Origin: Octopus sinensis
Lineage: Eukaryota
Reading direction: 5' to 3'
Assembly (NCBI RefSeq): GCF_006345805.1
Contig: NW_021832716.1
Location: 6,823 to 70,822 of the forward strand
Length of the DNA: 64,000 bases
This document shows, piece after piece, positions 25,179-39,566 of this stretch; the first letter of the stretch is position 1, and every line of letters begins with the position of its first letter. Under the pieces are notes generated by a model. It worked only from the letters and a program-made list of their open reading frames with translations. It did no database searches and had not been told where the DNA came from. The position numbers and the translations under genes are program-made.

Positions 25179-28100
25179 TCATAGAATCATAGTCAAGGTG
25201 GCTTCGTCATTCATACGTGCCATCTTTGCTACATTCACCCATCTTTTTTTAAAACATTCACTAGACAAAACTTGCCTCTCTACTCTCACTTTCCTCTTCA
25301 AGTGATAATTGAAGAAGTTGATGAGAGATTGACCAGAGAGGAAAGTGTTTGTCTCTAATCCTTTCAGGCGCGTCCACCAGATACATTCTTTCGCCATAGC
25401 CACAAGTATGATAAAAATAGCTCTTCCTTCCCGTTTGAAGGAAGGAGGCGTGACGATATTAACGATAGACTCGGCTGATAAACCGACACGTCCCACACGT
25501 GACAGCAGTCGTTCGACATAAGCCCACAGGTCGGAAATTGCTGGACACTGCACGATTGCGTGCAGAGCGGTTTCGTCGCTCTGCCCGCATCTCGGGCAGG
25601 TCGGCCCCGTGTTTCTCGAGCCATGCCTATAGAGCTTATCCCGAACGGATAGCGCTTCTCGGTAGCACCGCCAGGCCAGGGATCTCTGGAAGTTGTCCAT
25701 AGGTCCCGGGCCGAAAGTCGTTTGAAACAGGCGGGTCAGGTATTCCTCGTCGAGGCCCAGGTTTGCCCCGAGATCGTCGTCGTACCTCCCCTCCACTAAT
25801 CCGCAATAGAATGCTTTGGTTGTGTTGAAGTCACTCAAGGTCGACCCGGGACGGCAGAGTTGCTTGAGAGCAACGCGACACTCGCGGTGCCATTCGCCCT
25901 TCCTCGGCCTCTTTTTGATCCACGACTGTAGTTCGGTCATGGAGACGAGTTGCGGGAATGCGTGCCTCACAAACGGCGACCACACCTGTTCACCGTCGTC
26001 TACATAGAGCCGGAGATGTCGCAGTCTCAGCGCGTGTCTGCGCATCATCAACCACGGCATGCCCAGCCCTCCTTTTAACGGTGTTGACAGCAAATGGATC
26101 GCCTGACCATCGGGACGCATCCTTTCCACAAGAAGCGGAAGAGAATGCGTTCTAGTTTGGTGATGGTAGGGTCGGGACAAGGTACGACGGTCAGGCGGTA
26201 GTAGATGATGGACGCGATGTACGTGTTCGCCACCTCCGCCAGACCTTTTAGGGACAGTTTCCTCTCGGCCCATTGCTGGGCGAGAGTGACCACCCTACTC
26301 GTTATCTCGTTCCAGTTCTTCTCCATTTGGAGGTCCGGACCGAACCAGACCCCGAGCAACTCAACCGGGCCGTCTGTCCAGCGTCCCACGACGGAGGTAC
26401 TGGTGGACGGCATGGGCTTGCTTCTCCATGTGCCGAGCCGCAAGCCCACTGACTTTTCCCGGTTGATTTTTTCTCCTGTCACCGCTTCGTAATCTTTCAG
26501 TGTCTCGCCGACCCGCTCGATGTGCTCGTGGCTTGACACTATGACGGTGACGTCGTCCGCGTATGCAGACACGCTCGTCCCGCATCCCAATTCTCGCGGG
26601 ATGCCCCTCAGAGTCGCCAGCTTCCGCAGTAGTGGCTCAAGAGTCAATACGTATAGAAGCGCCGAGAGGGGGCATCCCTGACGGACCGAACGTGCAATGT
26701 CAAAAGGTCTCGATAGATGTCCATTTACGCGAATTACCGAATGGATGCCTCTGTACAAGGCAGCTATCCAGCCGCGGAAGACGGGACCGAAACCAGCCGC
26801 TCTCAGGACTGCCTCCAAGTATCGATGGTCTACCCTATCGAAGGCTTTCGATTGATCCAAGTTGATCAGGGCCCCACCCATGCCAGGTTCGTTAACTACC
26901 CTGTCTATGATGTAGCGCATCAGATGGAGGTTGTCATGGATGCTCCGGCCCGGCACGGCGCACGTTTGTGCGTTGTCGACCAGTTTATCGATGACAAGCG
27001 CCAACATCTTGGCTAACACCTTTGTCAAAATTTTCAGGTCTGCATTGAGCAGAGTGATTGGTCTAAAGTTATCTATAATGTTCCCCTTGTTTGGATCTTT
27101 CTTCAGCAGTGTTACAGCTCCTCGACTCACAAAACCGGGTATGCTCCTGTTTTGCTGCCAGTTGCAGTATACCGCTGCCAAGACGTCTCCAAACAAGTCT
27201 GGCATACAATTGTAAAACTCGTAGGGCAGACCATCCAAACCCGGCGATTTGTCTCTCGAGCATTCACCACTCGTCCCGTACAGTCGGGCAAAGTGTCTCG
27301 CACATCTTGCTGGGCTCGAGCAATTCGCGCCCTTGTTCATCTACCAGAGACCGAATGGTGGCTTTGTTGCCCTGCTGCGCCTCCGCCACCCGGGAATCCC
27401 TCGCGGCTCCAACACCTTCCATCCTTAGAGCCCGCATCCTAGCCCTGACAGCACACCCTTCGTGTTTGGCGTTGAAGTGTTGGTCAAGGGCCAACCTTGC
27501 TGCCAAAACGTCGGGTGTGATGCCGCTTCTTATTGCCTCTTCTAACTTCTTAACTAACTCACCCTCTACTCTATTTCTATCTACGGCTAGTGCCTTGCTA
27601 TATCTTATTGCTTCCGTTTTTACTGCTCTCTTGAGGGCGAACCACCATCTGTTGTTGACAATGGCTCCCGTTAAAGCCCTTTTTACTAACGTGTTGATTC
27701 TGTCTCTGAAAACTTGTCTGGACGGGAATGATGCGTTCAGTTTCCAGTAACCAGGACCCTGTCTATGTGCCTTATCTAAGTCTAGCGTACACGTCACGAA
27801 TTTGTAATCCGTGTAGCTGACTGTGTGGAATTGTGGACATCCTAAGTTTTCCTTGTCTACTGTCCTACACAGTATCCTATCTAGATACGATCTCGACGAC
27901 CCACTGCGGTTGCTCCATGTCCACGTTGGTGCATTTGGGTGGTCGAGTCGGTACCTGTCAGACAGTTGGAATCGTCTGAGCAGGTCTCTGAGGCATTTGT
28001 ATCCCCTTCTGTTTTTTGTCTTTCCCCACATAGTCTAGATGCGTGTCCACGGTAGCATTCCAATCCCCCACTAAAAGTAAAGGACGAGACGTTCCCAGGA

Positions 28101-28485
28101 ATACTTCTAGACGTCGAAAGAAATCCGGCCGACCTGTTAACGGCGGTGCGTAGACTGATACGAGTCGAAAAGCGCACCCATTGCTGCCGTCGACATCCAG
28201 AACGACCAGTCTACCCTCCGGGTCTACGAATATCGTCTTGACTTCGAGATCCAAGCTCTTGTGAAAAAGTACCGTGGTGCCACTACCGCCCATCCTCGGC
28301 AGACAGGGAGCAAAATAAATGTTAAACTGTCCGCCAAACATGAACTTTAGCGCCCGTGGCTCGTGGAGTCTGGTCTCACTTATCGCTATGATTCCCAAAT
28401 CGTGTGACTTGATGTCATTTAGGAGGTATCCTTGTTTCCAAGGAGACCCCAAGCCACGCGCATTCACACAACCAATCTTGACCAT
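25179..28485 (-). pseudogene. Family B ORF2 (APE-RT-zinc finger) in four overlapping frames
   Basis: Segments 27958-28485, 27264-28031, 26075-27340, 25179-26273; three frameshifts, no internal stop within segments. Confidence 0.92.
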
Positions 28486-29024
28486 GATTCTATTGGGGTG
28501 TGTGCTTTAAAACACAAAAAGGAAAGTACAGAGAGTTACTTACTTGTGTCGAAAGTTTTGGCTTCCACGTTCTTTGATGTGTCTTGGAGGAGGTTTGTAT
28601 AGAGTTTTTGTGATAGGTATTTTTGGAACCCCCCAACAGCATTTGGAAAGAGGGCTTTGAGTGTGTGGTGTTCTGTCTGTGTGATGTGTAGTATTTTGAT
28701 GTGTTTGGGTGGTGTAGTGCGTGGATGGTTGTTAGTTTTGAAGTCATCTTCACAGATGTTTGTGTGGGCTGTGATGTACTCCATTAGTTTGGAGTCTTTG
28801 GTGTCTATCGCTGATAGCATTGTGTGTGTTTTTGTGGTGTTGGTGCTTGTTTGGTTGTGTATGGGGTTTTCAGGGTTCAGGTATCTCCCTGCTTTGGTTG
28901 CGTTTTCTTTGGGGTTTTTTTTGTCTTTTCCTTTTACCCCTTGTGGCTATTTGCCATTCCGTCGAACTTTCGTCGTTGGACGACGAGTCCGAATCAGAAG
29001 AGGGTAAAGGCAAAGCGTTTGGAT

Positions 29025-29930
29025 CTATATGTGTGTTTGTAGAAGGTGTTGTTGTTTTGTGTGGTGTTTGTGTTGTTGGGGTATTAGGGGCAGAATTTGT
29101 CTTCTCGTCATTGTTATTTGTTTTTTTGGTTGTTGTTCTTGGTGCTGGTGTTGGTGTTGGTCTGCTTTTGATGTTGGTGGTGATGTTGCTTCTTTTGTTT
29201 GTTGCGATGTCGGAGGTAATTCTCTTCTTAGTGATGTGGTTGGTGAGGGGAAAACAGTTTTTGTATCGTCCGCTGATTTTCCTGTCTTTTGGGTTGAAGG
29301 TGGTGTGGGTAGCAGGGGTTTCCTTCCAGGTTTGGGGAGTGGTTGCTGTTGCCTATTTCTGACAGCAGTTGGGCACTCGTATCTAAGGTGTGCCTCACTG
29401 TTGCATAAATAGCATCTTGGTCTCCGGCCCTCCACCACTACATACAATTTTTGGTCTTTTGCCAGTTGAACACAGGCTGGTAAATTGTTTATTGCTTCTT
29501 GGGAGATTTGAAGCAATATTTCGAGTTTTTTACCAGTCCAGCTTTCCTCTGGAATGTCAGCTATTTCTAAAATATCTGCTTCTTCTATATCGAAGCAGAT
29601 GGCCGATACCAGCCACTGGGTATTCACCATTGGCGGCACATTATTTATTGTAACTTTCGTAATTCTGCGCCCAAGGTAGCTAGGTACCATTGTTACCTGG
29701 TCTGTGCGCAGAGTAAGGGTTGAAAACCTTTTTGCTAGTTCTTCCGTATGGAAGCGAACTTGCACGGTAGCAAATTTACTTCCCCAATTCACATAATTTC
29801 GGAATTTCCACACGGAAGAGAGGCACTTTTCAATTTTTTTTTAGGTAGGCTTTCTGGTCTTCTTGTTTTGGTGTTGAGTATTCTGTAAATGATGGTCTTC
29901 TTTTGTGTTTCTTCTATGATGTTCCGTGGA
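29025..29930 (-). pseudogene. Family B ORF1, slightly 5'-truncated and frameshifted
   Basis: ORF 29025-29813 with CCHC; the frame continues (IIEETQKKTIIYRIL..IEKCLSSVW) to the 5' junction and is homologous to family A ORF1. Confidence 0.8.
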
Positions 29931-30011
29931 ATAGATAGATAGGCAGACAGACTGATGACAGACAGACTGACGGACAGACATACAGAAAAACAGGCAGGTA
30001 GGCAGGCAGGC

Positions 30012-30050
<39 letters not shown>

Positions 30051-30639
30051 AGGAGCTAGACAAACAGAGATAGACTGACAGACAGATGGACTTATTATCA
30101 ATATTACTACTATCAACAAGGCTGTGAGCTGGCAGAACTGTTAGCACGCCGGACATTATATTCTGAGTTCAAATTGTACCAGGATCAACTTTGCTTTTCA
30201 GCGATACGGGGTCGATAAAATAAAATACCAGTTAATAACTGGGGGCCGATGTAATCTACTAACGTTGTCCTTTAGAAATACTGAACTTGTACTAACATTT
30301 GAAGTATTTATTATCACCACTTCTCATTGAGTCACAGTAACTTTCCTACTATTATTAGTTGCCGGAATAATATCTTTTTATTTCGCGTATGCGCATTTAG
30401 CATATTTACTACTGACGAAGTCTAGGGAGGCAGAAATGCGCCGTAATTGGACGATTTTCATTTACTTCTGATATATTTCTGTGTTTTCTTACATTGTATG
30501 TAGTTTGATAGGCTTTCGATGACGTACTGCTATTTTAATAATCCACCTGTGCCATTACAATTATATAAATACTTATTTATATACAGGTAGTTGTACATTT
30601 AGCGTTATAGCGTCTGAAATTGCAGATTGATTTGTCAAC

Positions 30640-30712
30640 GGGTAGTTTAGCTTAATGGTAAAGCACTTGGCCGGAGTCTTCAAAGGATGTAGTTCGTGTT
30701 CCACGGTTGGTT
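30640..30712 (+). pseudogene. tRNA-like sequence (degenerate tRNA or SINE head)
   Basis: TAGCTTAATGGTAAAGC A box and GTTCGTGTTC B-box-like; acceptor stem does not pair. Confidence 0.35.
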
Positions 30713-31301
30713 GTTGACAAACTTTTCTGCATTATAAGGGTAATTTACCCAATATGTCTGCCGTTTTAACGGCGTTTCTGCATTCGCAAATAACTTATCA
30801 GCTTATTTCTATCTTAGAATTATATAAATATTTAACGACATAATTATATAATTATAATGATACGTGGGGGTTATTGAAACAGCTGTAGGAAGTTAATTTT
30901 TGAAATGTCATTGATTTTGTTTGCCTTCTGTTTCTCAAATGCATTTCGCTCTCTGCATTCGTTATAGCCAATTTCAGGTTGTATGCAACATTGTAATTGA
31001 TATGGCATTAAAAGTGTGCATTTTCAGCATTTAATGTGATGTTGTATATTGAGATCTAAGATTTGTGACTGCTTCTCAATCATAAGCACCAAATTTTTGC
31101 TTCTGCCACTTGTAGCGAGTATATTTCTGTCATCATGAAAATCAGAGATTTAGCTTTCACACACACATACACACATACACATGAACAGTTATTTCGCACG
31201 ATCTTCGTTCCGTTCACATTCTACCTGCCACACAACTTAGTGGCAGACCAGTATAAACACAGGACAAATAATTACAGACCAAAACAGACTCCATTATCCA
31301 T

Positions 31302-31341
<40 letters not shown>

Positions 31342-31404
31342 GGATATAAACACCTAATGTGAAACAAGGTGGAAAAAGAGTACTCAAATACCAGTGGTAG
31401 AGTA

Positions 31405-31597
31405 ATATGCTTTATTTAAAGCAGCAGAAAATTCAACAAAACCTGTTACTCTGAGTTCCACATTCCCGTTCGTCGGACAGTTTTCGCTTGCAAAAACTGT
31501 CCGACGAATTTGCTAGCAAAAACTGTCCGACGAACGGAACGTTGGAACTCAGAGTAACAGGTTTTGTGAATTTTCTGCTGCTTTAAATAAAGCATAT
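31405..31597. repeat. Foldback (about 80-bp arms), probably a Penelope inverted terminus
   Basis: ATATGCTTTATTTAAAGCAGCAGAAAATTC...inverted; (TA)n flanks. Confidence 0.7.
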
Positions 31598-31721
31598 ATA
31601 TATTCTATATATATATATATATATATATATAAGGGTAGCAAAAAATTCAATAGAAATTTTTTCGCCATCAGCGGTCTAGTGAGAAAGAAAAAATAGTCAA
31701 CAGACTATATAATGTACATTC

Positions 31722-32158
31722 AACAATAATATTAAGAAATGGCCTTAATAGGCCATTCAACTCACTAAAACGAGCAACTAAACTCAAACCGCTAAATAGT
31801 AGTAATTCAGAAATCAAAGGAAAATTAAAAACATTTACCCTAATCATCTTTGGACTATGCATAGTTTCGACGTACTTTTTAGTAAACCAGCTAATTAAAT
31901 TAAATTTAATTTAATCAAGTCAATTTACCACTGGCCCGTCTCGTCGGCAAAGAAGCAAGGAGGAATAAATATTCCATGAGGCAACAGCATCGATGCCTTG
32001 GGAGTATATACTCTAAATTTTCAAAATCTACCGTCATCGCGCCAACTGTTTTTAATTTTCCTTTGATTTCTGAATTACTACTATTTAGCGGTTTGAGTTT
32101 AGCTGCTCGTTTTAGTGAGTTGGATGGCCTATTAAGGCCATTCCTTAATATTATTGTT
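31722..32158. repeat. Inverted repeat, about 112-bp arms with about 210-bp spacer
   Basis: 31722-31833 is the near reverse complement of 32047-32158. Confidence 0.8.
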
Positions 32159-32165
32159 TTATATA

Positions 32166-32196
<31 letters not shown>

Positions 32197-32197
32197 G

Positions 32198-32249
<52 letters not shown>

Positions 32250-32424
32250 AGCGAGTAGCCACATCAAAGTGGTAGCTAATTGTTACAACTAGTTTAACCC
32301 CAGGCAGATTCTCCTGTTGAGGCAAACAGGAAAAATAGAGCTCAAAATATGAGTATATGTATATTCTTGTTAATATTTAGCAGAAGCATCAGAGTGACTC
32401 AAGGTCCGAGAGTTTCATGCGTTG

Positions 32425-32498
<74 letters not shown>

Positions 32499-32633
32499 AT
32501 ATATATATATAATATATTATTATATATATATATATATATAGTTAATCCAAACAAGAAAACACAAAGAGAAAACACAACAACGCGAGGACGTGGAACAAGT
32601 ATAGTATTATTGGACGCTCAAGAAAGAAGGAGG

Positions 32634-32668
32634 GTTTAATGTTTCGAGCGGAGCTCTTCGTCAGAAAC
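32634..32668 (-). ncRNA. Minimal hammerhead ribozyme motif (one stem III mismatch) in a Penelope remnant (32545-32720)
   Basis: Minus strand GTTT CTGACGA A GAGC TCC GCTC GAAAC AT T AAAC. Confidence 0.6.
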
Positions 32669-32812
32669 ATATGAACAGGAAAGATCCAAGGAATGGAAGA
32701 CGGAGGGAAAAAATCGCCAACGATAGTCCACAGATGAGATCCAGAGATTCTCAGTATATAGATGGATAGTTAGATAAATAGATAGACAGACAGACAGACA
32801 GACAGATAGGTG

Positions 32813-32888
<76 letters not shown>

Positions 32889-33252
32889 TACCGTATTTAC
32901 TCGTGTATAAGTCCCAACCCAGTTTTTTCACTTAAAATCAAGTATTTTAAGTAGCGTGACTTCTAACCAAATAAATACGAAGTCTGAGTGTGTGTGTGTG
33001 TATGTGTGTGTATGTGTTATCAGTTTTTTTTTTTTGACATATGTCATAGATGCATAATATTCAATATCACTGATTACATGTGCAGTACGACACGAATAGA
33101 CTCTTTCTTACAACCTAACGCACACACAGATGAACACTTACATACGTATAGTTTTTCTTCATACATAAATCATATTTATTTAATGCAGATGTTAGAATTT
33201 ATCTCACGATAATTGTTTTACATTAACGTAATGTATTAGACATATGCACGCA

Positions 33253-33333
<81 letters not shown>

Positions 33334-33420
33334 TTTATATATACACATATATATATACATATATAATATATATACGTATATATATATATATACATATATA
33401 CATATATATACATATATATA

Positions 33421-33463
<43 letters not shown>

Positions 33464-33641
33464 TATATATATATATATTATATATAACACACACATATAA
33501 TATATATATATATCGAGAGAGAGAGAGAGAGAATACATGTACATGTACATATGCATATGCATATCTATACACACCACTGTATGTATTGCATAGCTATAAA
33601 TGCAAAACAAAATTACACTGAATGTAATGATGCACACAGGC

Positions 33642-33678
<37 letters not shown>

Positions 33679-33683
33679 GTATG

Positions 33684-33718
<35 letters not shown>

Positions 33719-34068
33719 GTGTGTGTGAGTCTATGTGTAGATATGTTTGTATATGAGAACATTTATGCGTGCCAATAGCATTTCTCAAGTTACATCAAGT
33801 TAAAGAATTCCCACGTACTTCTGAATAGTACAAGAAAGGGAGCTCGTCATAAAACCATGTGACCAAATGCAGTCTGACCTCCATTGTGGAAGGCAAAAGA
33901 AAATGGCAAATGAGACTTCAGTTACGGTACATTAGCAACGCCATGTTTTTAGGGCCTTTTTTTTTTGTTACATGAACTGTCTTCTAGTGTTTTAGACACA
34001 TCTATTAGACGCATCTATTTTAATTTATTGCCAGACGATAAAATATGCAAATGCATGTGTGTATAAAG

Positions 34069-34141
<73 letters not shown>

Positions 34142-34427
34142 CATAAATGCGTATAAAGGAGCTCTCTCTTTCTCTCTCCCTCCCTGGTAGCCATCCTATG
34201 TAGATACCAGCACAACATCAGACGCTCAACATGAACACACACACAGATATTTATTTAATTATATTCATAGATATATTGGTGTAGGAGTAGCTTGCTTACC
34301 AACAACATGGTTCCGGGTTCCGTCCCACTGCGCGGCACCTTGGGCCGACCAAAGCCTTGTGAGTGGATTTGGTAGACGGAAACTGAAAGAACCCGTTGTA
34401 TTATGTATGTATATATATATTATATAT

Positions 34428-34476
<49 letters not shown>

Positions 34477-34820
34477 GTCTGTGTGTATGTTTGTGTGCCT
34501 GTGTTGTGCCCCCAACATCGCTTGACAACCGATGGTGGTGTGTTTACGTCCCCGTAACTTAGCGGTTCGGCAAAAGAGATCAATAGAATAAGTACTGGGC
34601 TTACAAAGAATAAGTCCTGGGGTCAATTGTGTCAACTAAAAGGCGGTGCTCCAGCATGGCCGCAGTCAAATGACTGAAACAAGTAAAAGAGTAAAAGAGC
34701 ATATGTACATATTTGCCTGCAATGCACGAGAGCTTGGAGAAGTGTCTTCTACAATCATCCATGGCTAAAAAGTGCATTGTAAGTGATCTTAGTAGACAGA
34801 AATTATACAACAAGAAGGCT

Positions 34821-34865
<45 letters not shown>

Positions 34866-35529
34866 TGTGGAGGCGCAATGGCCCAGTGGTTATGGCAGCG
34901 GACTCGCAGTCGTAGGATCGCGGTTTCGATTCCCAGACCGGGCGTTGTGAGTGTTTATTGAGCGAAAACATCTAAAAGCTCCACGATGCTCCGGTAGAGG
35001 GTGGTGGCGATCCCTGCTGTACTCTTTCGCCACAACTTTCTCTCACTCTTTCTTTTGTTGGCCTGCTCGCTTAGCCAGCAGGGTGGCGTCATTTGAATGC
35101 TAAAAACAATGCGAAGCGCATTATGACCAGCGATGTGTAGCAACATCTGATAGCGTGGTCAGTCACGGTGATCACGGTGATAAACACATACATACATACA
35201 TATAGTGGACCCATTCAGTCATGAATGACCATGGATTATACCTAGAAAGTTACACTCCGGGCAAGGTTGTTTAAGGAAGGCCGATTGTTGCCCATGAATT
35301 CCACTTCCCCTCTCCACGCCAATGATGTTATCCAAGGGAAAGGCAAAGGGGCCGATACAACTTGGCACCAGTGCTTTCACAACTCATTTCTACAGCTGCG
35401 TGAACTAGAGCAACGTGAAAATAAAGGGTCTTGCTCAAGAACACAAGACACAACCCGGTTCGAAAATCGAACCAACTAACTCATGATTATGAGCCTGACG
35501 CTCTAACCACTGAGCCGTGCGCAGCCATG

Positions 35530-36330
35530 TTGAGTCATTCCATCTGTTGAACATAGAGTTCCGCGCTGACCGTTTGATTCCGTTCAAACAATTCGTAATG
35601 GATAATCCCTTCCCAGTCCCACCAAACGCACAACATCGTTTTACACGGATGAAGATCTTGTTTCATGCACGGTGTCGCTTGTTTACCGGGGTTAAGCCAT
35701 TCCTTACACAGCTTCATATTGATGTACAGGCACCATTTTTCGTCGCCAGTAACGATTCGGTAAAGAAATCGTTGCTTGTTAAGCGGTGACGAGCAAGCAA
35801 ACCAGCGGAGATTGTGGTTCGTTGATTTTTGTTATTGTCACTTAAAGCATGCGGAACCCATGCTCCATACTTCTGAACCTTTCCCATCAAGTGAAGATGT
35901 TTCTCTATAGCAGTGTGGGAGCATTCCATTTTCTCGACGAGAATTTTCGTGTAAAAGTTGGTTTAATCGCTCTTCATCGAAATCAACTGGACGGCCAGAA
36001 CGAGGTGCGTCTTTGGGGGTCAAAATTTCTATTTTTGAACTTGGCATACTAATCAGGAGCGGTTCTTTCATTTATGGCACCCTCTCCATACACAGCACAA
36101 GTGTCACGAGCAGCTTTTGCGGCCTTAGAACCTCGATTAAAAGCAAAAATAAAGGAGGTGTCGAAAATGCTCGTTTTTTTTAAACTTAACATTCCATTTT
36201 AATGATGTGAAAATAAACGAAAATTAACTAAAATTAACTAGAAAAAAAACAAAACAAAATAGGTTCCAAAATGATTCAAAAATAGAATTCTCGAAAAAAA
36301 ATAGAATTGTGTTAAAGAAGAATTTAATAT
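35530..36330 (-). mobile_element. Mariner transposon, decayed, 3' part cut by a SINE
   Basis: DAPRSGRP, WVPHAL and MLCVWWDWEGIIHYEL motifs across frames. Confidence 0.87.
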
Positions 36331-36849
36331 ATGAGTAGCAGACGAAGCATATCTAGCATCAGTGATGAAATTGCTGCAAACGTATTGCTGCTTCTTTCAG
36401 CGGTCTGTTGTTGAGTTTAAACACTTTATTTCCCGTTGGTCTGCAATCACTTGGACATCTGACCTGTTGTATACCGTGCACCTGTACAGACAATGCTGCT
36501 TTGACAGAGTGAGCGACCTTATGTGCTACACAAACATTTGATCGCGATAAACAAATCATCTCTGCAGGAACTGCTAGACACTCGTCTGTCATCTACGACA
36601 GCAAATTGACTCTGTGTGTGTGGTGTGTGTGTGTGTGTGAGTGTGTGTGTGTGTGAGTGGGTAGAATCACATACACAAACACACAAGCACATATATACAG
36701 ACACAAACATACCTACCGACATGTACGTCAGGTCACAGATGCAAACACACGCACACACACACGATCAGCGAATAACGGATTCCTGACAACACATCACCTG
36801 TATATTACATATGTGATGTCTAACTGCAAGCTTCTCTTTCGATAATGTG

Positions 36850-37718
36850 TCTGTCTGTTTGTATGTATGTATGTATGTATGTATGTATGTATGTATGTAT
36901 GTATGTATGTATGTTGTATGTATGTATGTATGTATGTATGTTATGTATGTATGTATGTTTGTGATGTATGTATGATGTATGTATGTATGTATGTATGTAT
37001 GTTGTATGTATGTATGTATGTATGTATGTATGTAGTAGTTTTGTATGTATGTAGGTGTATGTATGTATGTATGTATGTATGTATGTTGTATGTATGTATG
37101 TAGTATGTATGTATGTATGTATTATGTATGTATGTATGCATGTATGTATGTATGTATGTATGTATGTATGTATGTATGTGTATGTATGTGTGTGTAGTAT
37201 GTATGAAGTATGTGTGTAGTATGTATGTATGTATATATGTATGTATGTTGTAGGTGTATGTATGTATGTATGTATGTATGTATGTGTTGTATGTATGTTT
37301 ATGTATGTATGCATGCATGTAGGTATGTATGTATGTATGTATGCGTGTGTATGTATGTATGTATGTATGTATGTATGTATGTATGTATATGTATGTATGT
37401 ACGTATGTATATATGTATGTATGCATGCATGTATGTATGTATGTGTGTATGTATGTATGTTTGTATGTATGTTTGTATGTATGTATGTTTGTATGTATGT
37501 TTGTATGTATGTATGTATGTATGTATGTTTGTATGTATGTATGTATGTATGTATGTATGTATGTACGTATGTATATATGTATGTATGTATGCATGCATGT
37601 ATGTATGTATGTATGTATGTATGCGTGTGTATGTGTGTATGTATGTATGTATGTATGTATGTATGTATGTATGTGTGTTTATGTATGTATGTATGTATGT
37701 ATGTATGTATGTATGTAT
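36850..37718. repeat. Large (TATG)n microsatellite, about 870 bp
   Basis: Direct reading; source of the spurious HTYI/MYVC ORFs. Confidence 0.97.
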
Positions 37719-38373
37719 ACAAGTCGAGTGTTTGTTAATCATTTCAATGATTGTATCACGTGTAATAATATGTATGTAGCTATGTAAGTTATGAGTATTC
37801 TTTAACTGTGCGACTCGGCAAATTGAAACCGATAGAAGAAGTATCAAGCTTAAAAATATGCCCTGGGTTCGATTTATTCGACTGAACCCTTCAAGGTGGT
37901 GCCCCAGCATGGCCGCAGTACAAAGACTGAAATAAGAAAAGGATAAAAGAAATATTTCTCTCTTTTAGAGGAGACAAACAAGGACAGACAAACGGATTAA
38001 ATGAATTACATCGACCCCAGTGCGTAACTGGTACATATTTAATCGACCCCCGAAAGGATGAAAGACAGAGTCGACCTCGGCGGAATTTGGACTCAGAACG
38101 TAGCGGCATGCGAAATACCTATTTCTTTACTACCCACAAGGGGGTAAACACAGAGGGGACAAACAAGGACAGACAAACGTCTTAAGTCGATTATATCGAC
38201 CCCTGTGTGTAACTGGTACTTATTTAATCGACCCCGAAAGGATGAAAGGCAAAGTCGGCCTCGGCGGAATTTGAACTCAGAACGTAACGGCAGACGAAAT
38301 ACTGCTAAGCATTTCGTCCGGTGTGCTAACGTTTCTGCCAGCTCGCCACCTTCGTGTAAGTAAGTATATATTG

Positions 38374-38416
<43 letters not shown>

Positions 38417-38500
38417 CGTGCCTGCGCGCGCGTTTGTGTGAATGCCCACCCCTCTCACAATCTAAGTTTATTGCATGGACATATCTGAAATGTGTATGTG

Positions 38501-38532
<32 letters not shown>

Positions 38533-38760
38533 ATATATATGTATGTGTATGTATGCATGTTATATATGCGCATTATATTTAGATTATCTTATATTATATT
38601 ATATACTGTTGCATATATATGAATTTATAGTCAAGTATCATGTATATATATTTGTATGTATGTATGTATGTATGTATGTATGTATGTATGTATGTATGTA
38701 TGTATGTATATATGTATGTGTATGTATGTATGTATATGTATGTATGTATGTATTATGTGT

Positions 38761-38935
38761 GAAGGCGCGTGGCTTAGTGGTTAGGGCATTCGACTGATGA
38801 TTGTAAGGTCGTGAGTTCGATTCCCGGCGATGCGTTGTGTCCGAGCAAGACACTTTATTTCACGTTGCTCCAGTCCACTCAGCTGGCAAAAATGAGTTGT
38901 ACCTGTATTTCAAAGGGCCGGCCTTGTCACGCTCT
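38761..38935 (+). mobile_element. tRNA-derived SINE with CORE-like GTGTCC.AGCAAGACAC segment; a related-head copy at 35200-35525(-)
   Basis: GGCGCGTGGCTTAGTGGTTAG..GAGTTCGATTCCC; 3' part shared with family C. Confidence 0.75.
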
Positions 38936-39313
38936 GTATGTGTATGTATGTATGTATGCATGTATGTATGTATGCATGTATCTATGCATATATGTATGTA
39001 TGATGTGTGTGTGTGTGTATTGTATGTGTGTGTGTATGTATGTGTGTGTGTGTTGTGTATGCTAAACAAATCTCATCCCCACCCCACCCGCTATCTCCTC
39101 TGTTGACAACTTAAAAGTAAACAACAACGCTGGTAGTTCCCTAGGAGCTGGTGTCGCTAAAGTGAACATATTTCCACTTTCTTCTTTCTTAACCACTGTT
39201 TTCACCCTTTTTTGTCCCAAAACTTATCTCTCATTCTCTTTCTTTCTCTTCTTTTTTCTATCTTTCCCCCAATCTTGTTCATTTTCACACTCCTGCAACG
39301 GTTTCTCTTTCTT

Positions 39314-39360
<47 letters not shown>

Positions 39361-39395
39361 ATCTCTATCTATCTATCTATCTCTATCTATCTATC

Positions 39396-39566
39396 TTCTT
39401 TTTTTTTTTTTTTTTAACCCCCCTTTTTTTGTTCTCTTTCTCTCCTTTTACGATCCTTTTGTCGAAAACTACCCTTCCTTTTTTTTTTTTTTTAAACTTC
39501 AAAAGAAAAAGCTCTACCTGTAATTTGTTAATCTGTGTGCAGCCCGTGTGGCTAATAAAGAAACAT
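39396..39566 (+). mobile_element. Tx1 family B 5'-truncated 3' end, inserted in (CTAT)n
   Basis: Matches the reverse complement of 24785-24960; ends GCTAATAAAGAAACAT|ATCTATCTATCT; preceded by CTATCTATCTATC. Confidence 0.88.

Larger units (their letters stand above)
24785..29930 (-). mobile_element. Tx1/L1-clade non-LTR retrotransposon family B, nearly full length, inserted in a (GATA)n/(GACA)n tract
   Basis: ORF1 with CYLCNSEAHLRYEC; ORF2 APE (MVKIGCVNARGLG), RT (QGCPLS, YADD), CPRC..ETALH..QC; (CTAT)n at both junctions. Confidence 0.93.

Noticed and set aside
20152-27750. ORFs antisense to or overlapping the Tx1 ORF2 regions (e.g. 20152-20595, 27091-27750)
   Set aside because: Expected shadow ORFs of GC-richer coding sequence; no recognisable motifs.
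36820-37910. Long ORFs (300, 217, 203 aa) of HTYI/MYVC repeats
   Set aside because: Translations of the (TATG)n microsatellite, which lacks stops in several frames; no coding signal.
6866-38935. tRNA genes at SINE heads
   Set aside because: A and B boxes are present but the cloverleaf is incomplete and each continues into a SINE body.
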